In this document: one piece after another, positions 16,914 through 23,430 of the stretch
Numbering within the stretch: position 1 is the stretch's first letter
Layout of the letters: each line of letters starts with the position of its first letter
Assembly: GCA_043732485.1 (NCBI GenBank)
Contig: JAYTHP010000222.1
Location: 1-23,430 of the forward strand
Reading direction: 5' to 3'
Source of the DNA: Oligoflexia bacterium
Lineage (GTDB): Bacteria; Bdellovibrionota; UBA1018
Length of the DNA: 23,430 bases
The notes under the pieces: model-generated
What the model was told of the DNA's origin: nothing
Databases searched by the model: none
What the model saw: only the letters and a program-made list of their open reading frames with translations
Made by a program: the position numbers and the translations under genes

Positions 16914-19706
16914 TTAGGCCAACCAAAGCCGTGCCGACTCCAAGGCAGCCGGCAAACCCTCAGGATCCGCACCAATGCCTTGCGCAACATCCGCCTTCCC
17001 ACCGCCTTTACCCCGCACCGCAGGCAACAAGTGGGTCAATAAATCTTTAGCCGAAGCCGACTTACCCCCCACTGAAGCCTCAGCCCCTCGTGCCACCAGC
17101 AGCGCCACCTTGCCCGGCTCAAAGTTCCGCATCCCCAAAACCACCCATAACTTGGGCTGTTTTTGTAAGAGTACGCTTGCTAATTCCCTTAATTTTTGCA
17201 CGCCTGCAGCCTCAGTCGGGCACTCAGCCACAAGCCAGCTCCCTGTAGCCTGCTTTAACAGCTCCAACGCTTCCGCTTGCGTCTTAAACGCCTGCATTTG
17301 CCCCAACTGACTCCTTAAGTCGCGCTCATTGAGCTTCATCTTCTCCACCTTGGCAACCAAGTCTTGCCACTTGGAGACTTGCAAGGTCTCTTGCATCTGC
17401 TGCAAAGTCTCCTGACTTTGCTTTAAAAACTGCCAGGCCTGCTGCGAGGTGGAAGCCACGATGCGGCGCACCCCGGCTGAGACCCCGTTTTCTTGCTCAA
17501 TCTTAAAAAGGTGAATCTGCGAGGAAGCATCCACATGGGTTCCCCCACAAAACTCGGTCGACACCTCACCGACTGACACCACGCGGACTTGATCGCCATA
17601 TTTTTCACCAAAAAACGCTATCGCACCGGTGGCAAGCGCCTCGCTTTTGGGCAAAACCACTTTTTTCACCGCAAGCGCTTGCCAGATCAGGTGATTCATC
17701 CGCGCTTCCACCTCTTGCAACACTTCCTCACTTAGGGCTTGAAAATGGCTAAAATCAAAGCGCAAAAGATCCACCCCCACCCAAGAACCGGCTTGCTTGA
17801 CGTGAGCACCTAAGACTTGCTGTAAAACCGCTTGCAGCAAATGGGTGGCTGTGTGGGCTCGCGTTAACGCAGCCCGTCTGGGCTTTTCCACCCGCTGGCG
17901 ATAGCTTAGCCCGACGCGCAGGGCTCCTTGCTGCACCTGCAACCGCACCACGGTTAACTCCGGTAATGGCTTAAAGACCTCCTCCACCACCGCCTGCAAG
18001 ACGAAATCACCGTCTTGAACCTGCAAGATGTCGCCACGATCGGCCAACTGGCCGCCGCTTTCCCCGTAAAACGGCGTTTCAAGAAAAATGGCGTTCACAC
18101 GCACGCTCTTCCCGTCTCCTCCCGCCGCAACCGCTTCAACCGCCACCAATCCAGACGGCTGCTGCTCTTGAAAGAGCGCCAGACAAGGGCTCGCTGCCAC
18201 TTCTAGCTCCTGATACCCCACAAAACGCGGCGTCTGGTTGGCTGCCTGGAGGCGCTCAAAGCACGTTTGGTAAACCGCAACCTCAGAGCCCCGATCGTTA
18301 CCGCCTGCGGCAGCCCCCCCTTTCCAGTGACTGCGGGAGAGGGCCTGCTGCTCGTTCATACAGGCCTCAAAGCCGGCTTCATCCACCTGGAGGTTTTTTT
18401 CAGCACACAGCAGGACCGTTAAATCGAAAGGAAACCCATAGGTGTCGTAAAGTTTAAAGGCCACCGCGCCAGGCAGGATCGTTTGGCTCCCCAAAGTCAC
18501 AAATTCCTGCCGCAAAAGCTCTAAGCCACGCTCCAAGGTGACAAAAAACTGCTCTTCTTCTGCTAAAACCACCTGCCTCATGGCCGCCTGCTGACGCTCA
18601 AGCTCAGGGTAGACCTCAGCCATGGCCGCCACCACAAAAGGGATCGTTTCATGCAAAAAAGGCTCGAGAAAGCCAATTTTCTTACCATAGCGAATAGCGC
18701 GCCTCAAAATACGCCTTAACACGTAACCGCGCCCCTCGTTGGAGGGCCTGACGCCGTCGCTCAGGAGAAATGCAATCGCGCGCGAGTGATCGGCAATGAC
18801 TCGCAAGGCGACGGTTCTTTCATTAAGCTGTCCATGCAGCTGTGCCTTCGCTTGCTCCGCGTCTTTCAGACTCAGGTCGCTGCCGCCTCCAGCCACTCCC
18901 TGCTTTTTAGCGGTTCTGCCTTGCAAAAGGTGCTCAATTTGCTGAATCAAGCCGACAAAAAGGTCAGTTTCATAATTCGACTCTACCCCTTGTAAAATCG
19001 CCGCGATCCGCTCAAGCCCCGCTCCGGTGTCCACCGAAGGCTTCGGCAAGTCTTTGAGACTGCCGTCACTGGCACGATCATACTGCATAAAAACCAGGTT
19101 CCAGAACTCTAAAAAGCGATCACACGAGCACCCCATCTGACAGCTCGCCTGCTTGCAACCATGAGCAGGGCCACGATCGATGAAAATCTCAGTGCAAGGC
19201 CCGCAGGGCCCCGCATCCCCCATGCTCCAAAAATTGTCTTTTTCCCCGAAGCGATGGATACGATCCAAGGGTACGCCTTCTTGCTCATGCCACAACTGAG
19301 CCGCCTCCTGATCGCTCTCAAAAACCGTCACATGCAAGTTTTCAGTCGGGATCTTCAGCTCCTGCGTCACAAACTTCCAAGCCAAAGCAATGGCCTCTTT
19401 TTTGAAGTAATCGCCAAAGGAAAAATTGCCCATCATTTCAAAAAAAGTATGATGTCTGGCCGTAAAACCAACGTTTTCTAGGTCATTGTGCTTGCCCCCA
19501 GCCCGCAAACACTTTTGCACACTGGTTGCCCGAACAAAGGGACGAACCTGAGACCCTAAAAAACTTTCCTTAAATTGCACCATCCCAGCATTGGTAAACA
19601 AAAGACTGGGATCATTCTCTGGCACTAACGAGGAACTAGGCACCCAAGTATGCTGATGAGCCTGGAAAAACTTAAGAAAGGAAGCGCGAATCTCATGGGA
19701 TTTCAT
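16914..19706 (-). CDS. alaS: Alanine--tRNA ligase
   Basis: DPSLLFTNAGMVQFK, RHHTFFEMMGNFSFGDYFK, EFWNLVFMQ, DTGAGLER, editing motifs HTATH and EFCGGTH, C-terminal GKGGG. Start at ATG 19706 (MKSHEIR). Confidence 0.98.
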   Translation of the reverse strand: MKSHEIRASFLKFFQAHQHTWVPSSSLVPENDPSLLFTNAGMVQFKESFLGSQVRPFVRATSVQKCLRAGGKHNDLENVGFTARHHTFFEMMGNFSFGDYFKKEAIALAWKFVTQELKIPTENLHVTVFESDQEAAQLWHEQEGVPLDRIHRFGEKDNFWSMGDAGPCGPCTEIFIDRGPAHGCKQASCQMGCSCDRFLEFWNLVFMQYDRASDGSLKDLPKPSVDTGAGLERIAAILQGVESNYETDLFVGLIQQIEHLLQGRTAKKQGVAGGGSDLSLKDAEQAKAQLHGQLNERTVALRVIADHSRAIAFLLSDGVRPSNEGRGYVLRRILRRAIRYGKKIGFLEPFLHETIPFVVAAMAEVYPELERQQAAMRQVVLAEEEQFFVTLERGLELLRQEFVTLGSQTILPGAVAFKLYDTYGFPFDLTVLLCAEKNLQVDEAGFEACMNEQQALSRSHWKGGAAAGGNDRGSEVAVYQTCFERLQAANQTPRFVGYQELEVAASPCLALFQEQQPSGLVAVEAVAAGGDGKSVRVNAIFLETPFYGESGGQLADRGDILQVQDGDFVLQAVVEEVFKPLPELTVVRLQVQQGALRVGLSYRQRVEKPRRAALTRAHTATHLLQAVLQQVLGAHVKQAGSWVGVDLLRFDFSHFQALSEEVLQEVEARMNHLIWQALAVKKVVLPKSEALATGAIAFFGEKYGDQVRVVSVGEVSTEFCGGTHVDASSQIHLFKIEQENGVSAGVRRIVASTSQQAWQFLKQSQETLQQMQETLQVSKWQDLVAKVEKMKLNERDLRSQLGQMQAFKTQAEALELLKQATGSWLVAECPTEAAGVQKLRELASVLLQKQPKLWVVLGMRNFEPGKVALLVARGAEASVGGKSASAKDLLTHLLPAVRGKGGGKADVAQGIGADPEGLPAALESARLWLA

Positions 19707-19712
19707 CGCGGA

Positions 19713-19721
19713 AAAATAACA
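19713..19721 (-). promoter_or_regulatory. Extended -10 element of alaS (leaderless candidate)
   Basis: Minus strand TG-T-TATTTT followed by 6 nt and then ATG. No SD is present. Confidence 0.5.
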
Positions 19722-19759
19722 TAATTGCAGCAAAAATTGCGATCAATTTGCAAGGCGCT

Positions 19760-19997
19760 AAAAATCGCCCCGCCCCCTCACCCCCCACCCTCAAACAACG
19801 AGCCCCCCAGTTGCCTCTTCAGGGGCACTTTTTTGTCTCAGGAGCGCACCCTTGAGCAGGGGCGGGATTTTTGAGCAACAGAGTTTGGTGCGCCAAGGCT
19901 TAGTGCTTCGCTCGAGGAGGAAACCCGCAAAACAGCAGAAGGGGGCCTTGCTTTAGCTTTTTGCGGGTTAGCTTTTTTTACTTTTTCAAAAAAAGCT
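19760..19997. repeat. Cluster of inverted repeats in the alaS/response regulator divergent region
   Basis: 19760-19776/19859-19872 imperfect; 19922-19932/19959-19969 perfect 11 bp; 19970-19979/19988-19997 perfect 10 bp; terminator-like hairpin 19812-19834. Confidence 0.75.
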
Positions 19998-20016
19998 GAA
20001 AATCTATTTTTTTTAT

Positions 20017-20045
20017 TTGCTTCTTTATCTAAATGCAGATATGAT
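20017..20045 (+). promoter_or_regulatory. Sigma70 promoter of the response regulator
   Basis: TTGCTT-N17-TATGAT. Confidence 0.7.
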
Positions 20046-20141
20046 TTGGCCGGTTAAAAAATTTTAAGGTGCCAAAAAAAAGCAACTTCCAGCCTTTTTA
20101 CGCCGCGCGAAGCCCGTCAACACGAAAAAGAAATTTAAGAC

Positions 20142-20675
20142 TTGAAGCACCCCAAAAAAGAGATTCTCTTCCAAAATTCCAGCCTCTCTGTGCTCCCGTA
20201 TGCTCTGCATTCGGTGCACCCAGAGCATCAGGCCCCTCAGGAGCAAACACCTTGGGTCAACCCAACGCCTCGAGCGAGGACTCAAAGCGCCCTCAACCAA
20301 GCGGCCCCAGTACTCTTAGTGCTGGACGATAATCTCGACTTTCTCTTTTTAACCAAAATTATTCTCGAACGGGAAGGCTATCAAGTCCTCTCAGGCTGCA
20401 ATCTGCAAGACGCCTTAGCCACATTGCAGGAGGTGCCAGCGCTGACACTCATTTTACTCGACTTAAAGATGGGGCCAATCTCAGGACTTGAGCTTTTTGC
20501 CGAGCTCGAGCGACTTCGCCCGGAGCTGATCGAAAAAACGCCATTTGTTTTTTACAGCGCCGAGGACCAGATCCCTCAGGGAACCCGGGCACTAGGCTTG
20601 ATCCGGAAGGACCTTGCTCCCACCAAGCTGATTCTCAAGGTGCGTGACTTTGTGACCCAGGCGCAACCGGCCTGA
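20142..20675 (+). CDS. Single-domain response regulator (CheY-like receiver)
   Basis: LVLDDN acidic pair, phosphoacceptor in ILLDLKMG..SG, FYSA and conserved Lys in LIRK. No output domain. The TTG start is uncertain. Confidence 0.88.
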   Translation: MKHPKKEILFQNSSLSVLPYALHSVHPEHQAPQEQTPWVNPTPRARTQSALNQAAPVLLVLDDNLDFLFLTKIILEREGYQVLSGCNLQDALATLQEVPALTLILLDLKMGPISGLELFAELERLRPELIEKTPFVFYSAEDQIPQGTRALGLIRKDLAPTKLILKVRDFVTQAQPA

Positions 20676-20759
20676 GCTTGCTTGGAAGCAAAAAATCAGC
20701 TGGACAACACCCCAGCTCTTTATCTTGAGCGCTTCAGGCGTCAGCCCTCAAGGGGGAGC

Positions 20760-21701
20760 TTAGGGCCACAAAAAACTCGCTTCTTGATCAAAAATTTGCG
20801 CTTTAAAGTTTGGCCACTCCCGCCTGAGCAAGAAATCTTGAATCACCCCCGGTCGTAAGCCCTGCGCCGAATAGTTGCCACTCACATTCAGCTCCACCAG
20901 GCTGGGCAAAAACGGCGTGTCCAACAAGCGCACCAAGTGCCCTCGCGTCAGCCGGGAAGCAGTCAAATTCAAATGCGTCAGGTGCGCAAAGCGAGCGTGC
21001 GCACCCACCCCTCCGCGGAGCACCTCCAAGAAACTCTGGGCGATACTGGCTTTATCCTCAACGAGATGATAGCTCACGGAGGCCCACGATTGCTCAAGAC
21101 TCAACTCTTCCAGCTCAGTGGGCAGGTATTTGAGCGCTCCCACTTCAATGGCGCAATGGACCAGGCGCAGCCGTTTTGCGCCCGCTAAGAGACCGTGGCT
21201 GCCGAATAAAAAACGCATCTCCCGCCCGCTGATGAAGCGATCTTGAATGACCATCGGACCGGTAAACTGTCGTAACTCGTGCTGAATCTGCAAAAAAACT
21301 TCCCGCTTTTGCGTCCGCGCCCAGATACTTTCCGGAAGGTAAAGACATTCCTGATTAGGCAAAGTATCCAGCCAGCCCTCGGTGATCGCAGGAAAAACGC
21401 CGGTAACACTGAGCGCTGGGGTGAGCGCTGGGGTGGGTGCTGGCTGTGCCGGTTGCTGCCCAGACCAAAACACCCCCGCGTGCGCTTGCCAAGCACCCAC
21501 CCCCTGCTGGCAACCTAACGCAAACACCACCGACACACTCCTAGCCAAAGTGGGTTTGTATCGACGCCAGCAAAGACCTGCTTGCGATGAAAGCACCGCC
21601 CCGGTGAGCGCTTGAGCGGCAGCCCTGAAGCGAGCGACTCTTGCCGCTGCCATTGCTACTCCTGAGAAAAAAACTGACCGGGAAACAAGCAACTGAGCCA
21701 T
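20760..21701 (-). CDS. Putative exported leucine-rich repeat protein
   Basis: Hydrophobic segment with an AHA cleavage-like site, PAQPAPTPALTPAL linker, and LRR units RLRLVHCAI, LEELSLEQS, LTHLNLTASRL, LVELNVSGN. Confidence 0.72.
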   Translation of the reverse strand: MAQLLVSRSVFFSGVAMAAARVARFRAAAQALTGAVLSSQAGLCWRRYKPTLARSVSVVFALGCQQGVGAWQAHAGVFWSGQQPAQPAPTPALTPALSVTGVFPAITEGWLDTLPNQECLYLPESIWARTQKREVFLQIQHELRQFTGPMVIQDRFISGREMRFLFGSHGLLAGAKRLRLVHCAIEVGALKYLPTELEELSLEQSWASVSYHLVEDKASIAQSFLEVLRGGVGAHARFAHLTHLNLTASRLTRGHLVRLLDTPFLPSLVELNVSGNYSAQGLRPGVIQDFLLRREWPNFKAQIFDQEASFLWP

Positions 21702-21864
21702 CAAAATATTTTCCCTTGTGACGCAAAATAAGCAAGAAAAGTTATTACTATTCCGCGCTTACCCCTGAAAGGCAATACTTGTTTGCGCCGTTTGCTGAGA
21801 TTTTACTTCAACCCTCTCCTCTACTGAACCTTTCACCCCAGAGCAGGAAACTCCCAAAAAAGAC

Positions 21865-21894
21865 GAGTGAGTGAGTGAGTGAGTAGGGGGGGGG
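21865..21894. repeat. (GAGT)5 microsatellite followed by a G9 tract
   Basis: Read directly: repeats at 21865-21884, G run at 21886-21894. Confidence 0.92.
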
Positions 21895-21985
21895 TAAATC
21901 AGGAGAGGGGAGGACAAAATAGACCTTAGCTCAAGTCGACGCATATACGCACACACCGCCTCCCACAGCCCCACCCTAGAAACAG

Positions 21986-22046
21986 GTAACACAAAAGGCC
22001 CTCATGCGTGGCTAAAAAACCAACGCATGAGGGCCTTTTGTGTTAC
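21986..22046. terminator. Perfect 24-bp inverted repeat, likely the recA terminator (bidirectional)
   Basis: GTAACACAAAAGGCCCTCATGCGT-N13-ACGCATGAGGGCCTTTTGTGTTAC, 34 nt past the recA stop. Confidence 0.8.
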
Positions 22047-22080
22047 AACCTATCGACTCCTTCAGACCAGAGCTTGCGGG

Positions 22081-23280
22081 CTATGCGGAAGTCTTTTTCC
22101 CGCCTGCTGCCCCCGCAGCCGACGAGGAAACAGCCGCCCCTTTGGCCTGTGCGGCCGTCAGCATTTCCGGCGCTACCATCAACCCTTCACGACCGTCTTG
22201 CCCCGCAGGAGCCTGCGCGCTGGTTTGTCCGGGATGAGTGACGATCCCTGTTTTCTTCAGCACTTCATCCCGAATGGTCTGGAGGTGATGCGAATGCTCT
22301 TTGAGGTAATTGCGAGCGTTTTCTCGACCCTGTCCAATGCGCTCTTGCTTGTAAGTATACCAGGTGCCGCTCTTATCAATCACGCTCAAGGAAGCCGCTA
22401 AATCCAGCAAGTCGCCTTCCTTGGAAATCCCTTCACCGTAAATGATATCAAACTCCACTTCCTTAAAAGGAGGCGCCATTTTATTTTTGACCACCTTCAC
22501 CCGCGTACGATTCCCAATCACGTTTTCGCCGTCCTTTAAGGCAGCAATACGGCGAATATCGAGACGCACTGAGGCATAAAACTTCAAAGCGTTACCCCCG
22601 GTGGTGGTTTCTGGGTTACCAAACATCACACCAATTTTCATTCTCATTTGGTTAACGAACACCACTAAGGTCTTACTGCGGCTAATCGTTCCCGTCAGCT
22701 TGCGCAAGGCTTGACTCATCAGCCTGGCTTGCAACCCCATATGGGAATCCCCCATATCGCCTTCAATTTCAGCGCGTGGCACCAACGCCGCCACCGAATC
22801 GATCACCAAAATATCAATACCCCCAGAGCGCACCAGCATGTCAACGATCTCTAACGCCTGCTCACCGGTGTCCGGTTGTGAGATCAGCAAATCATCAGTT
22901 CTGACTCCCAGTTTACGGGCGTAAGTGACATCCAGCGCATGCTCGGCGTCCACGAAAGCGGCCACCCCCCCTTGCTTTTGCGCTTCAGCAATCGCGTGCA
23001 GCGTCAGGGTGGTTTTCCCGGAGGACTCCGGTCCGTAAATCTCGATGATGCGGCCACGAGGATAACCCCCAATCCCGAGTGCAAGGTCCAAGCTCAAGGA
23101 ACCCGTGGGAATCGCAGCCACGTCGTGGGCAACTAAATTCTCAGTCAGCCCAAGCCGCATGATTGACCCCTTACCGAACTGCTTTTCAATCGCTTGCACA
23201 GCCAAATCAATAGCTTTGTTTTTTTGACTCATTCCTAAACCTGCGTCACCCTGATTTCTGCGCTCATTCATGTCCATCAT
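22081..23280 (-). CDS. recA: Recombinase RecA
   Basis: [78 protein letters not shown] precedes ATG 23280. Confidence 0.99.
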   Translation of the reverse strand: MMDMNERRNQGDAGLGMSQKNKAIDLAVQAIEKQFGKGSIMRLGLTENLVAHDVAAIPTGSLSLDLALGIGGYPRGRIIEIYGPESSGKTTLTLHAIAEAQKQGGVAAFVDAEHALDVTYARKLGVRTDDLLISQPDTGEQALEIVDMLVRSGGIDILVIDSVAALVPRAEIEGDMGDSHMGLQARLMSQALRKLTGTISRSKTLVVFVNQMRMKIGVMFGNPETTTGGNALKFYASVRLDIRRIAALKDGENVIGNRTRVKVVKNKMAPPFKEVEFDIIYGEGISKEGDLLDLAASLSVIDKSGTWYTYKQERIGQGRENARNYLKEHSHHLQTIRDEVLKKTGIVTHPGQTSAQAPAGQDGREGLMVAPEMLTAAQAKGAAVSSSAAGAAGGKKTSA

Positions 23281-23301
23281 GTTTTTTCCTTTTCTTTCAT
23301 G

Positions 23302-23318
23302 CACACACACACACACAC
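23302..23318. repeat. (CA)8C microsatellite, read as (GT)8G on the recA sense strand
   Basis: Read directly, 22-38 nt upstream of the recA ATG. Confidence 0.92.
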
Positions 23319-23430
23319 TTGCTCTCTACTCACTCTTTGATCGCCGCGGCCAAGCGCAGACCCTCGTGAGAGGGACACTCTGTTCTTTCCCGCGCCCTTG
23401 CTCCTGCGCCATTGCGCACTTCCGCTGCTT

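Noticed and set aside
23281..23316. RecA N-terminal extension [12 protein letters not shown] from the track start at 23316
   Set aside because: It arises from the (GT)n repeat. The SD-supported start is ATG 23280.

Overview
A core-chromosome window, about 53% GC by eye. RpoZ, RecA and the Pal/DUF4398/CpoB neighbourhood suggest a deltaproteobacteria-like lineage, possibly Bdellovibrionota/Oligoflexia (inference only). In order it carries tRNA-Lys(CTT), three envelope-protein genes and lon on the + strand. A long - strand run follows: rpoZ, smpB, a FadL-family porin, rsmA, tsaD, a CpoB-like gene, a DUF4398 lipoprotein, pal, a FlgT-C-like gene, an APC amino acid permease and alaS. The window ends with a receiver-domain protein (+), an exported LRR protein (-) and recA (-). 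I found no transposase, integrase, phage gene or CRISPR array. The unexplained signal is mostly non-coding. The best candidate is a ~280-nt highly base-paired unit between lon and rpoZ with its own promoter, palindromic operator-like sites and a U-tract end, which may be a novel ncRNA. A second structured region with an SD-occluded small ORF lies beside the tRNA. Other oddities are apparently leaderless alaS and smpB, a 17-bp duplication of a translation start site, several microsatellites and a perfect 24-bp inverted repeat. All RNA pairings were read by eye and need folding and covariation tests.
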